Assembly: GCA_963717505.1 (NCBI GenBank)
Contig: OY970342.1
Location: 128,001 to 192,000, forward strand
Direction of reading: 5' to 3'
Source: Candidatus Eiseniibacteriota bacterium
GTDB lineage: Bacteria; Eisenbacteria; RBG-16-71-46
DNA: 64,000 nucleotides
Made by a program: the position numbers and the translations under genes. This document shows, in pieces, positions 9,639 through 19,666 of this stretch. The notes under the pieces are model-generated. The model searched no databases. It was not told where the DNA came from and worked only from the letters and a program-made list of their open reading frames with translations. The stretch's first letter is position 1. Each line of letters starts with the position of its first letter.

Positions 9639-11138
9639 CTACTTCGCCAGCTCGTACAGGTACTGCGCGAAGGACAACACCGCGCCGTCGAAGCCCTGCA
9701 CGTTCGGGTTCGCGGACTCGATCACGTAGTACTCGTCCGGGGCATGCGCGCCGCCGCCGTGGCCGAGACCGAAGTGGCCCGAGGCGAGCTTCAGCGGCTC
9801 GCCCGTGAACACGTAGCCCGGGTACGAGCCCGCATTGCGCGGCCACAGCACCGGCTCGATACCCGCGCGCTTCAACAGCGCGACCTGCGCCTGGATGAGT
9901 CGCGCCGACGCCGGCGTGGCGGTCGGGTCGTAGCCGCCGGTCACGTTCACCTCGATGTCGCCGAAGCCGTGCGCCGCGAGATGAGCCACGAGCGCCGCGA
10001 CGGCGGCGTCCTTCTTCATGTCGGGCACCAGCCGCAGATCCAGCTTTGCGGCTGCGCGGTGCGGCAGGATCGTCTTGCCGCCGGGGCCGGTGTAGCCGCC
10101 CACCAGTCCCTCGATGTTCACCGTCGGCTGCGACTCGAGCCGCTCGTTCGCCTGCACCCACGGCAGGTCGTCGATCCAGTGCGAGACCGAGAGCGACTTC
10201 TTCGACCTCTCCTCGCTCCGCCGCTTGGCGGCCTCGGCGATCATCGCGCGCTCCTCGTCCGAGAGCGGGCGCGGCTTGGGATAGTTGTCGATGGTGATGG
10301 TGTTGCCGTCCTCGGAGACCAGCGTGTCGAGCGCCTTGATGAGATGCCACGCCGGGCTGTCCACCATCGCCTTCAGCGACGAATGGATGTCCTTCGCCGG
10401 CCCCCGGCCCCACTTCTCGCCGCTCGAGACCAGCTCCAGCTCGACCACGCCCTTGGCGCCGAGGCTCACCGTGACGATGCCGTCGGGATCCTGCGACGCC
10501 GACGGCATGAACACGCCGACGCAGCGGCGGAGCGCCGCCTCGACCTCGGGCCGGTGCACGATCTGCCCGATGTGGGGCGAGCCGATCTCTTCCTCGCCTT
10601 CGGCGACGAGCACGAGGTTGACCGGCAGCTTCTTGCCGGCGCCGCGAATGGCGTGCAGCGCCGCGAGGAGCGCCGCCTCGGGCCCCTTCTGGTTCACCGC
10701 GCCCCGGCCCATGATCACCTTGCCGAAGCCGGGCTTGTCCACGATGCGCGCCTCGAGCGGCGGCGACGACCACTCGGCGGGGTCGTACTGCTTCACGTCG
10801 TACATGAAGTAGAGGCCCACCGTCTTCTTCGCGCCCGCATCGAGCGTGGCGAACACGCCCGGCTTCCCGTCGGTGGCCACGATCGTCACCTGCTGGAAGC
10901 CGGCGTCTCGCGCCAGCTGCGCCATGCGCTCGGCACCCTCCGCGGAGTTCAGGCTCTCGGCCGCGATGGACGGCAGCGCGATCCAATCTTGAAGCCGCTT
11001 CACCGCCTCATCGTGCCGCTTGGCGATTTCTCGTTTGAGGTCGGCGAAATCGTCCGCCGCACGGGCGATGCCGGGTGCGGCGAGGGCAAGGGCGAGTAGT
11101 GTCACGACGGTTGTCGCGCGAACATCGAATCGAGCCAT
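9639..11138 (-). CDS. M20/M25/M40 family metallopeptidase
   Basis: MYDV, GRGAVNQKG, EGEEEIGS, DIHS, GAHAPDEY; signal peptide. Confidence 0.88.
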   Translation of the reverse strand: MARFDVRATTVVTLLALALAAPGIARAADDFADLKREIAKRHDEAVKRLQDWIALPSIAAESLNSAEGAERMAQLARDAGFQQVTIVATDGKPGVFATLDAGAKKTVGLYFMYDVKQYDPAEWSSPPLEARIVDKPGFGKVIMGRGAVNQKGPEAALLAALHAIRGAGKKLPVNLVLVAEGEEEIGSPHIGQIVHRPEVEAALRRCVGVFMPSASQDPDGIVTVSLGAKGVVELELVSSGEKWGRGPAKDIHSSLKAMVDSPAWHLIKALDTLVSEDGNTITIDNYPKPRPLSDEERAMIAEAAKRRSEERSKKSLSVSHWIDDLPWVQANERLESQPTVNIEGLVGGYTGPGGKTILPHRAAAKLDLRLVPDMKKDAAVAALVAHLAAHGFGDIEVNVTGGYDPTATPASARLIQAQVALLKRAGIEPVLWPRNAGSYPGYVFTGEPLKLASGHFGLGHGGGAHAPDEYYVIESANPNVQGFDGAVLSFAQYLYELAK

Positions 11139-11271
11139 GGGGCACTCCCAGGGGTCAGTGTTGCGGCACGCTCCGGCGCCGTCGCCTCGAAGAAATATCC
11201 ATCGCGGCGATGTGAGGCGCGGAGTCTACGTCCGCGAGGTGGCGGGCTCCAATGGCCTGAGAATCGAACTA

Positions 11272-11300
11272 TTGTTCGTAGGGTCGATTTCGCTCATAAT
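11272..11300 (+). promoter_or_regulatory. Sigma70-like promoter for haloperoxidase gene
   Basis: TTGTTC-N17-CATAAT upstream of AAGGAG RBS and ATG 11346. Confidence 0.5.
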
Positions 11301-11345
11301 TGCACAGCCAGCCCGACCCGACATCCGTAGCAAAAGGAGATCCTC

Positions 11346-12635
11346 ATGCAACGCTGGCTTGCTCTTCTCGCCCTCGTCACAACTGCATCGGTCGCCGGCT
11401 GCGGTCGCCAGTTACCGCTGGCGCCGGTCGGCAACAGCGCGCCCGAAGGGGCCTCGCCCTTCGTTCTCGTGTCCGCCCTGGATCCCCGCCTGCCTGGGCC
11501 GCTCCTCGAGTCCGACGACGCGCCGCTTGACGAGCGCACATTGCTCGAGGGGACCCTTCGAGGCCGCGGAGAGAGCAGATCCTCATCCAACAACCCCGCT
11601 GTCTTCTGGAGCGAGCGCTGCACGCAATACGGCCTCGCCGGCCGATTGCCGCCTCCGCTGATGGCGCGCGCATACGCGCTCACCCACATCGCGATCTACG
11701 ACGCGCTGATCGCCAGTGGACATCCGCGGCGCGGCAGTCTACCCGAACCAGCGGCTGCAGCCGGTGCGGCATCCAAGGTGCTGATCTACCTGTTCCCGGG
11801 GAACTCGGCTGAAATCATGTCCGCCGCGATCGCCGAAGCCGACATGGGTGGGCGACGTTCGGAATCGGCCCGTCGCGCCTGGCTTCTCGGACGCGCCGTC
11901 GGGCAGCTGCTGGTGATCTACGGACGTCACGACCGCAGCAACACCGGCTGGGACGGCTCGATGCCCAGCGGAGAAGGCATTTGGTCCGGAACCAACCCGG
12001 CGCTTCCGATGTGCGGCACCTGGAAGACCTGGTTCACGTCGTCGGGCGCCGAGTTCCAGCCCGAGCCGCCCTACACCTTTGGCTCGCCCGAGGATCTCGC
12101 AGACGTTGAGGCGGTCTATCAGGCCTCGCTCCATCCGACCCCCGAGCAAGTCGCGATCGTTCACAAGTGGGCGGATATGCCGCCCCCTACGATCTGGTGC
12201 GGACTGCTCAACGAGCAGATTCTACGCAATCGGCTCGGGACTCTCGCCTCCGCCCGCGCCCACGCGTTCCTCAACGCGACGATGTTCGACGCATTCGTCT
12301 CCTGCTGGCGGACCAAGTACCACTACTGGACAGCGCGCCCGTTCCAGCGAGTCCCAGGCCTGGTGACCGTGATTCCAACGCCGAACTTCCCGACGTACAC
12401 CTCGGGCCACTCGACCATTTCGGGGGCGGCGGCACAGGTCATGGCTGCGCTGTTCCCGGCCGACGCAGCGGACTTCCAGGCCCAGGCCGACGAAGCCGCG
12501 ATGTCGCGTCTCTGGGGCGGTATCCACTTCCCGCACGACAACGACGCCGGTCTCGCCGTCGGCCGGCAGATCGGAGCCAAGGCAGTGCGAGCGATGGCCG
12601 GCCGTCGCGATATTGGGCCGATCGCAGCCCGCTAG
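11346..12635 (+). CDS. Vanadium-dependent haloperoxidase / PAP2 superfamily lipoprotein
   Basis: Lipobox VAGC; KYHYWTARP, PTYTSGHS, SRLWGGIHF vanadate/phosphate-binding motifs. Confidence 0.85.
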   Translation: MQRWLALLALVTTASVAGCGRQLPLAPVGNSAPEGASPFVLVSALDPRLPGPLLESDDAPLDERTLLEGTLRGRGESRSSSNNPAVFWSERCTQYGLAGRLPPPLMARAYALTHIAIYDALIASGHPRRGSLPEPAAAAGAASKVLIYLFPGNSAEIMSAAIAEADMGGRRSESARRAWLLGRAVGQLLVIYGRHDRSNTGWDGSMPSGEGIWSGTNPALPMCGTWKTWFTSSGAEFQPEPPYTFGSPEDLADVEAVYQASLHPTPEQVAIVHKWADMPPPTIWCGLLNEQILRNRLGTLASARAHAFLNATMFDAFVSCWRTKYHYWTARPFQRVPGLVTVIPTPNFPTYTSGHSTISGAAAQVMAALFPADAADFQAQADEAAMSRLWGGIHFPHDNDAGLAVGRQIGAKAVRAMAGRRDIGPIAAR

Positions 12636-12723
12636 ATCCGGGAATGCCGGGTCGGGCTTCACCGATCGCGACGCACAGTTCCGACAAAGTCGAACAGAGC
12701 GCTCAATGACTGTGGACGCGAGT

Positions 12724-12753
12724 CGAGCCGGGGAGCACATGCTCCCCGGCTCG
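12724..12753. terminator. 14-bp GC-rich hairpin, probable terminator
   Basis: CGAGCCGGGGAGCA-CA-TGCTCCCCGGCTCG between convergent genes; no U-tract. Confidence 0.55.
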
Positions 12754-12778
12754 CTCGCTCGCTCGCCGGTGGGCGGAC

Positions 12779-12919
12779 GTGAATGCCGGCGCCGTGGCCG
12801 ACGTTCAAACCGGCGGCGTTGCCTACCTCGCGCACGTTGGTGGGTCCGTCTTCGGGGCGGCGACGGCGCGGCTGTTCGAATTGCCGCGCCAGGTCGCCGC
12901 CCGCAGGCTGATCATCTAA
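12779..12919 (+). pseudogene. C-terminal remnant of a rhomboid protease
   Basis: Manual translation VNAGAVADVQTGGVAYLAHVGGSVFGAATARLF...LII-stop contains the rhomboid TM6 motif GGVAYxAHxGG; upstream in-frame stop at 12707, so the N-terminal part is missing. Confidence 0.7.
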
Positions 12920-12941
12920 CTCGAGTGGTCTCGCACTCCTG

Positions 12942-13514
12942 CTATGCCGGCTTCGGAGTCATCTGGTGGACGATGCCGCGCAGGCGGAAGCCGAGCATGA
13001 TGAGCAGCACGCCGAACAGCGTCGCGTACCAGCCGATGATCCACATGACCGCGAGCGCACCGGCGCCGGGCCGCGCGAGCATGAGAACTCCGAATGCGAT
13101 CGACAGCAGGCCGCCGAGACCCAGCATCCACTCGTTGTCGATGACCTTGCGCAACCGGATCGCGGCGGCGATCTGGAAGATGCCGATGGCAAGCGCCCAG
13201 CCCGCGATGAAGACGAGCAGCACCAGTGCCGTCATGCCGGGCCAGACGAACGTGAGAATGCCCGCCGCGATCCCGAGCAGCCCAATCACGACGAGCGACC
13301 ACATCGGCTTGCCGCCGTCGCGAATCCGGAACCCCGCGACGAGTGCGAACACACCATCGGCGATGGCGTAGGCGCCCCAGACGATGACCAGCACCGCCAG
13401 CGTGATCCCCGGCATCAGGAACGCGGCCAGCCCGAACAGAATGGCGACGAAGCCACGCAACACGATCCAGCCCCAGCTCGCGCGGAGGTGACCCATCATC
13501 GCATTCATTGCCAT
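12942..13514 (-). CDS. hdeD: HdeD/DUF308 family membrane protein
   Basis: WxxLRG...FG...PG repeat pattern, six TM helices, GAGGAGGA RBS. Confidence 0.85.
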   Translation of the reverse strand: MAMNAMMGHLRASWGWIVLRGFVAILFGLAAFLMPGITLAVLVIVWGAYAIADGVFALVAGFRIRDGGKPMWSLVVIGLLGIAAGILTFVWPGMTALVLLVFIAGWALAIGIFQIAAAIRLRKVIDNEWMLGLGGLLSIAFGVLMLARPGAGALAVMWIIGWYATLFGVLLIMLGFRLRGIVHQMTPKPA

Positions 13515-13848
13515 AGCGTCCTCCTCGATCGCCGCACCGAACGCGCTCCGGCGGCCGCGGCACGCTTCCGGAGGGTTCTGCAAATGAGCGCGAGGGATAC
13601 TACGCCCAATATGCGAGGCTGTCTCCCGTCACTTCAGGACGATCGGCACCACGGGCCCAGAGTGCGCTCATTCACTTGGTCAGCCACGATGGATCGGACG
13701 ATCCGACATTGTTGGCGCGGAGCGGCCGATGGTTCTCGCACAATTCTGACACGGTCCAGATGTGCGTCCTCTGCCGTTGCGCCCGGCCGAGGTCCTTCCT
13801 TGACGATCAAGTAAGATGGCCGGTCAACTGCATCGCAACGCTCCAGCT

Positions 13849-14526
13849 TCAGAAGCCCACTTCCGCCGAGATCACGACGGTGGGTTCTTCCCATCCCATA
13901 TTGAAAACGTGGGCCGTGAAGTCCATATCCTTGTAAGAGACGCCGGTCAGGAGACCGCGCTGGACGTCCAGTCCGGTTTCATAGGCGCGGGTTCGCTGTG
14001 CGACGAGGCCGACTCGCCACCATTCCGCCGGAGAGATGGTGAGCTCGGTCCAAACATAAAAGAAGTCTCCGGAGCCGCCCTCGAAATCGAAGACGTACTC
14101 GCCCTGGGAGTAGAACGCGAGCTTCGACCAGCCCAGTGTCAGTCCGTAGCCGGGAGCGATGCCCCTGAGATCGCCAAACATGCCGCCCAGCATTGGGGTG
14201 AAGTCCAAATGCAGCTGCGTGCCGGACTCAAAAGGATATCCGAGCCACACCGAGCCGGTCTCCAGCGCTTCGTAGTTGTACCGGGCCTCGAGATGCAGCC
14301 GACTGTGATCCGCAGTGAAGGTCGGCTGGGCATAGTCGCGGTCCTCGGGCACGAAATAACCGTAGACCGAGGCAGAGTAGGACCAAGCGCGACCGTCGGC
14401 GTCCCCGGTCACGACGTTGAGTGCTTGGGCCGCCGGCGCAGGCTCGGTCCTCCCCCCTGCGGCTGCGTGGCCCGCCGCAAGGATGAGCGCGGCGACCGTC
14501 ATTCCGAGTCTGTGTCTTGCGATCAT
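13849..14526 (-). CDS. Hypothetical outer-membrane beta-barrel protein
   Basis: ATGA-coupled to upstream gene; signal peptide, aromatic-rich beta strands, C-terminal Phe. Confidence 0.7.
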   Translation of the reverse strand: MIARHRLGMTVAALILAAGHAAAGGRTEPAPAAQALNVVTGDADGRAWSYSASVYGYFVPEDRDYAQPTFTADHSRLHLEARYNYEALETGSVWLGYPFESGTQLHLDFTPMLGGMFGDLRGIAPGYGLTLGWSKLAFYSQGEYVFDFEGGSGDFFYVWTELTISPAEWWRVGLVAQRTRAYETGLDVQRGLLTGVSYKDMDFTAHVFNMGWEEPTVVISAEVGF

Positions 14527-15182
14527 CCGCCAAGCGCGATCGTGAGCCAGACCAGTCCGCCCCCCAGCAGCACCATGGCGATGCCCATTCGCCATGCCCC
14601 ATGCCCGAGACAACGACCGTGCGCGTAGCCGACGAGGAACATCATCGAAACGGCGATGCCGTGGGAGGTGCGAAGCGCGCGCGCACCGTCGTGTACGAAT
14701 ATGAATGGGATCACGACAGGAAGCGTAGAAAGAACCAGGAGGAGCGCGATGCTGACGGCGCCGAACCAGTCGTCCTTGTCGAGCCGCGCGTGCGCGGGCG
14801 GTTCAGGAAGTCGCACCAGCCGTTCACGGATGGCCTCGAGCTCCGCGGGCCCGATTATGGACGCGACGACCTGCGGTAGGGCGCTGGCGATGGCTCGCTG
14901 CCCCGCCGTGGGATCGGCGGCTGCGCGCACCGCGCGCAAGGTGAGCAAGCCGCGGCCCTTTTCTGCCAGGCGATCCATGAGATAGAAGGCGCCATCGACG
15001 ATTCCCCAGGCCAGGCTGCACCCGAGTGCGCCGACTAGCATCCAACGAACTTCCGTACGCCCGAATGACGCGACGCTGAGCGACCCGGTGAAGGTGAGAA
15101 CCATGATCAGACCAAAGAGCACTTCGGAGAGGCGCTCAATCGGATCGAGGACGTGCTTTAGAGACTTTTTCGCGGAGTCCAT
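14523..15182 (-). CDS. VIT1/CCC1-like membrane protein
   Basis: LDPIERLSEVLFGLIMVLTFT, AWGIVDG, PVVIPF motifs; five TM segments. Confidence 0.7.
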   Translation of the reverse strand: MDSAKKSLKHVLDPIERLSEVLFGLIMVLTFTGSLSVASFGRTEVRWMLVGALGCSLAWGIVDGAFYLMDRLAEKGRGLLTLRAVRAAADPTAGQRAIASALPQVVASIIGPAELEAIRERLVRLPEPPAHARLDKDDWFGAVSIALLLVLSTLPVVIPFIFVHDGARALRTSHGIAVSMMFLVGYAHGRCLGHGAWRMGIAMVLLGGGLVWLTIALGG

Positions 15183-15360
15183 TGGCGCACCGCTTCGAGG
15201 TGGTTGGTTTCTTCCCAGGATCGCGGCCCGTGTCAGCGCGGCGCGGCCGAGGCAGGGGTTCGGCGACAGCAGCGCATCCTATCGTCGTCCCGACGAGGAG
15301 GGAAGAAGGACCGCGACAGTCACGGCGTTGTCTACGAGTTCACCGCCCGCGCGCCGCGTC

Positions 15361-16269
15361 GTGCGGCTCCGGACGGCTCTGCTCGCGGCCACCATCGCGT
15401 GCGGCCTGGCCACCCGGGCGAGCGCCCAGGACCTCGAGCCTCGGTCGTACTCGCCGTCACCGGTCGGCCTCAACTTCGCGGTGGTCTCGTACAGCTACTC
15501 GAGCGGTGCGGTGATTGTCGACCCATCACTCCCGCTTTCCGACGTCAAGGCCTCTATGAACGGCGTCGTGCTGGGATGGGGCCGCACGTTTGGCGTGGTC
15601 GGCCGACAGGCGCAGGTGGCCGCGTCCATCCCGTTTGCATTCGGCGAGGTGAGCGGCAATGTCCTCGAGCAGCGACAGAGCATCACGCGGTCTGGGCTCG
15701 CCGATGTCAGGGCCAGGTTCTCCGTCAACCTCTACGGCAATCCGGCCCAGACGCCGCGCGAGTTCGCCGCGCGGACGCATCGCTCACCCTACGCCGGCAC
15801 CAGCCTGACGGTCTCGGCACCGACCGGCCAATATCATGGGGACAAGCTCATCAACCTCGGGACCAACCGGTGGGCCTTCAGACCCGACCTCGGTGTCGGA
15901 GTTCCCTGGAAGCGGTTCGACTTGGAGGCGCAGGCCGGCGCCTGGCTCTACACCGAGAACCCGGACTTCTATCCGGGAGGCGCCGCCCGCCAGCAGGATG
16001 CGTTGTGGACGCTGCGCGCGCACGTCAGCTACACGTTCCGGCCGTCCTTGTGGCTGGCGGTCGACGGCACTTGGTATGGCGGTGGCGCGGCCTCGGTCGA
16101 AGGCGGCCCCAAGAGCGCGAAGCTCGACAACAGTCGCTACGGTGCGACGCTGTCGTACCCGCTGAACGCGAGCCAGTCGCTCAAGATCGCCTATAGCAGG
16201 GGCGCCATCGTGCGCGTGAGCTCGAACTTCAGCACGGTCTCGGCGTCCTGGCAGCTGCGCTGGTTTTGA
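15361..16269 (+). CDS. Outer-membrane 'transporter' (MetA-pathway/phenol degradation-like barrel); start uncertain
   Basis: ASA/QDLEPRSYS mature start, GLADVR, APTGQY...LINLGTNRW, terminal WF. Confidence 0.8.
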   Translation: MRLRTALLAATIACGLATRASAQDLEPRSYSPSPVGLNFAVVSYSYSSGAVIVDPSLPLSDVKASMNGVVLGWGRTFGVVGRQAQVAASIPFAFGEVSGNVLEQRQSITRSGLADVRARFSVNLYGNPAQTPREFAARTHRSPYAGTSLTVSAPTGQYHGDKLINLGTNRWAFRPDLGVGVPWKRFDLEAQAGAWLYTENPDFYPGGAARQQDALWTLRAHVSYTFRPSLWLAVDGTWYGGGAASVEGGPKSAKLDNSRYGATLSYPLNASQSLKIAYSRGAIVRVSSNFSTVSASWQLRWF

Positions 16270-16356
16270 CCACAGCGCGACCCCTACCAACGACTACCCC
16301 TCTCAGAAGAGAAATGAAAGCGTCGCCGGGTCGTACTGCTTCACCTCGTACATCGC

Positions 16357-17121
16357 CTACCGGATTCGTACGATGCTCGTCGTGCGAGAGCCATCCTCCG
16401 CATCCAGGCGGGCAAAGTACATCCCATCTGCCACTTTCCTGCCACGATCATCCCGCCCGTCCCACGAGAGCCGGTGCCGACCCGCCTCGACGGTCCCGTG
16501 CTGCAGGGTGCGAATGCGTCGCCCCTCGACGCTGAACACGCCGAGGACCACCGCCTGAGGTCTCGCGAGATCGAAGCTCAACTCGACCTCTCTCGTCGAG
16601 GGATTCGGGGCGGCGTTCATTGCCAGTTGCGACGATTCCGCCGATGGAATGACCGAACTGGTCGCGTTCGTGACGAGGTAGCCGGACCAGCACACCGTCG
16701 AGGCCGGATAGGTTAGTCCCGAGATACCGAATCGCAATGCCTCGCTTTCCGGGAAGACGATCCCGGTCGACCAGTTCATCCGCACCGGCCAATTGTGATT
16801 GCCGTTGGCGTCCCAGAGCCCTCCGGAGACCCAGCGAACGTCGGAGTTGAAGTTGAAATTGCGGACCCAGAACGAAACGGACCACGGCCCGGCCGCGGGC
16901 GGAGCCGGATAGCCCGTAGGTGAAAAGCTCAGGTCCGTGAGCACAAAGTTGTATCCCGTTGGAACCAGGTACAGCGACGTTTCCAAGAGCCCGATCCCAG
17001 CAACAATGCTGGTGCATCCGCTCTTCATGTCCGCGGGGTTGACCTGGGCTTTGGCATTCGCCGCGAAGCTGACGGCAATCAGAATTGCGACCACAAACCA
17101 ACTTCTCGGGCTGCGACTCAT
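16357..17121 (-). CDS. Secreted protein with C-terminal FlgD-Ig/T9SS-like domain
   Basis: Signal peptide; C-terminal PNP...VFSVEGRRIRTL...WDGRDDRG...GMYFARL. Confidence 0.8.
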   Translation of the reverse strand: MSRSPRSWFVVAILIAVSFAANAKAQVNPADMKSGCTSIVAGIGLLETSLYLVPTGYNFVLTDLSFSPTGYPAPPAAGPWSVSFWVRNFNFNSDVRWVSGGLWDANGNHNWPVRMNWSTGIVFPESEALRFGISGLTYPASTVCWSGYLVTNATSSVIPSAESSQLAMNAAPNPSTREVELSFDLARPQAVVLGVFSVEGRRIRTLQHGTVEAGRHRLSWDGRDDRGRKVADGMYFARLDAEDGSRTTSIVRIR

Positions 17122-17339
17122 GGCGACCTCCTCTTCTGAGTTGTGCGCTGGAGCTTCACTTGCCCCCAGGAGCCTAGCACCGTGGGCAGCCGCGTAGGGA
17201 CCATGGTGGGTGGACCGCCGACGGCGGCTGGGAGTCGCTGCGGCAAAGCCCGAGGCGCGCGACCGAGCGAGATCCTGATGAAAGGTCCGCCGCCGGCTGT
17301 TGCCCGAGTTGGGGAGTGACTCCCCTCCAGACGCGGAGC

Positions 17340-18917
17340 TTAGTCATCCCCCCGCAGCGCTTCGAGAAAAGCCTCGCCGTATCGCTCGAGCTTGACCGGG
17401 CCCACGCCGGAGAGCAGCAGCATCTCGACCTTTGTCTGCGGGACACTCTGGACCATCTGCCGGAGCACGGCATCGCTGAACACGATGTAGGCGGGCACGC
17501 CCTCGGCGTCCGCAAGGCGCTTGCGCACGGCCCGCAGCCTCGCGAACAGATCGGGGTCCATGTCGCGCTCAATGGACGTGGCCGGCCCGCCGACCGCGGC
17601 GCGCGAGCGTCTGCCCGCGGCGAGCTTGCCCAGGCCGCGCGTGTTCGGCACCAGCGCTTCGATGGATTCCCCCCGGCAGACGTCGCAGGAGGTGCTGCAC
17701 GCAGTCATCTCCTCGTCGAAATAGCGCACCAGCGCCTGGTGGCGGCAGCTGCCACGATCGGCCAGCCGGAACATCTCGACCGTCTTGCGCCGGGTCTCCG
17801 CGCGAACCTCCGCGTCTTCCATCTCGTCCAGGAACGCCTCGTAGCCGATCACGTCGGCCCACGAGTAGAACAGCACGCAGTCGCTGTCGAGCCCGTCGCG
17901 GCCCGCGCGCCCGATCTCCTGGTACCAGGCCTCAACGCTCCTCGGCATGTCTCGGTGCACCACGAACCGCACGTTGCTTTTGTCGATGCCCATGCCGAAG
18001 GCGACGGTCGCGACGATCACGTCCGTCTCGTCGCGGGCGAAGGCATCCTGGTGGCACGCGCGGGTCGCGTCGTCGAGCCCGGCGTGGTATGCGAGCGCCC
18101 GTACGCCGCGCGACCGGAGCCACTCCGTCATCGAGTCCACCGAGCGCCGGCTCAGGCAGTAGACGATGCCGCTGTCCCCTCGATGGCGTTCGACGATGCC
18201 CAGAATGTCCTTGCGCGTGTCACGCCGGGCGGAGACCTCGCCACCCTTGCGGTGTGCCGTGATGCGGAGGTTCGGCCTGAAGAAGGACCCCTTGAAGCCA
18301 TCAGGCTTCTGCATCGCAAGCTGACGGATGATGTCGCCCACCACGCGCCGCGTGGCCGTCGCGGTGAGCGCCAGTACGGGGATGTCCCCCAGCTCGCGCT
18401 TGAGGCCGCTGAGCCGGCGGTACGCGGGCCGAAAGTCGTGCCCCCAGTGGCTGATGCAGTGCGCCTCGTCCACCACGACCAGACTCACCGGACAGCCGGC
18501 GATCAGCGAGCGCAACGAGCCGCCGAGCGCCTCGGGGGCGAGGTAGACCAGCTCGACCTCGCCGCGCCGCAGCGCTGCCAGGCGCTGGCGGCGCTCGTCG
18601 AAGCTCAGCGTGGAGTTGAGCGCGGTGGCGCGGAACCCGAGCCGGGTCACGGCATCCACCTGGTCCTTCATGAGCGAGATGAGCGGCGAGATCACGAGCA
18701 CGGGCCCCGGCAGCATCTTCGCGGCCAGCTGGAAGGTGAGCGATTTACCCGCCCCCGTCGGCATCACCCCGATACAGTCACGGCCCGCGAGCACGGCGTC
18801 GATGATGCGGCGCTGCCCCGGCCGAAATTCCCGGAATCCGAACACGGACTCGAGGACCACCTGAGGGTCGGTGGGACGTGGGAGTGGGAGCGCGAGCGTT
18901 GCGGCTGTGCCATCCAT
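17340..18917 (-). CDS. recQ: ATP-dependent DNA helicase RecQ with HRDC
   Basis: MPTGAGKS, VDEAHCISHWGHDFRPAY, TATA, VATVAFGMGIDK, QEIGRAGRDG, Zn-binding Cys cluster, HRDC (VPAYIVFSD). Confidence 0.93.
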   Translation of the reverse strand: MDGTAATLALPLPRPTDPQVVLESVFGFREFRPGQRRIIDAVLAGRDCIGVMPTGAGKSLTFQLAAKMLPGPVLVISPLISLMKDQVDAVTRLGFRATALNSTLSFDERRQRLAALRRGEVELVYLAPEALGGSLRSLIAGCPVSLVVVDEAHCISHWGHDFRPAYRRLSGLKRELGDIPVLALTATATRRVVGDIIRQLAMQKPDGFKGSFFRPNLRITAHRKGGEVSARRDTRKDILGIVERHRGDSGIVYCLSRRSVDSMTEWLRSRGVRALAYHAGLDDATRACHQDAFARDETDVIVATVAFGMGIDKSNVRFVVHRDMPRSVEAWYQEIGRAGRDGLDSDCVLFYSWADVIGYEAFLDEMEDAEVRAETRRKTVEMFRLADRGSCRHQALVRYFDEEMTACSTSCDVCRGESIEALVPNTRGLGKLAAGRRSRAAVGGPATSIERDMDPDLFARLRAVRKRLADAEGVPAYIVFSDAVLRQMVQSVPQTKVEMLLLSGVGPVKLERYGEAFLEALRGDD

Positions 18918-19037
18918 GGCGGTGAGACTCCACGAGGGGGACGAGCGCGAGGGGCGAGGTATGGAATGTAAGGCATGACGGCGGCCCGATCCACGGCGGT
19001 CATCGGATCTGGCGGTCTGGCCATTTGAAAATAGTTC

Positions 19038-19075
19038 TTGTCCATTCACCGGAATGTCGCTACATTCCTCCTATG
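19038..19075 (+). promoter_or_regulatory. Sigma70-like promoter, probably leaderless
   Basis: TTGTCC-N17-TACATT-N6-ATG(19073), no SD sequence. Confidence 0.6.
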
Positions 19076-19666
19076 TCCACGGTCCGCGTCGTCGACAACC
19101 CACGCCACGCCGCATTGCTCGCCGCACCCCTCCGCCGGCAGATCCTGGATTCGCTGGTGAAGCCCGGCTCGGCGTCGTCGGTGGCCCGGTCGCTCGGTGT
19201 CGCGCGGCAGCTCATCGCCTACCATATTCGCCAACTCGAGTCGGCCGGCTACGTCGAGCTCGAGCGCGAAGAACCGAAGCGTGGCTGCGTGGAACGCATT
19301 GTGCGCCGGACGTCGCAGTACCTCGTCGCTTCGCAGGGCGTCCTCGGAACGCAGGGCGCCGACCCGCGCAAGATGAAGGACAAGTTCTCGAGCGGCTACC
19401 TGATCGCGCTCGCGAGCCGCATGGCCACGGAAGTCGGCGAGGCGCAAACCGCGGCCGAAAGAGCGGGCCGGCCGATGGCGACGCTGTCGGCGACGACGGA
19501 AGTGCGTTTGCGTTCGCCCCGGGATCGGCAGGCGTTCGCCGACGAGCTGCTCGACGCCATCACGAAGCTGGTCGACAAGTACCACGACACCAACGCGCCG
19601 GACGGTCGAAGCTACCGCCTCGTCGTCGGCGCCCACCCCATACGCGCATCGCGGAGGAAGTCATGA
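19073..19666 (+). CDS. ArsR-like winged-helix transcriptional regulator
   Basis: PLRRQIL, SASSVARSLG..RQLIAYHIRQLESAGYV HTH. Confidence 0.85.
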   Translation: MSTVRVVDNPRHAALLAAPLRRQILDSLVKPGSASSVARSLGVARQLIAYHIRQLESAGYVELEREEPKRGCVERIVRRTSQYLVASQGVLGTQGADPRKMKDKFSSGYLIALASRMATEVGEAQTAAERAGRPMATLSATTEVRLRSPRDRQAFADELLDAITKLVDKYHDTNAPDGRSYRLVVGAHPIRASRRKS

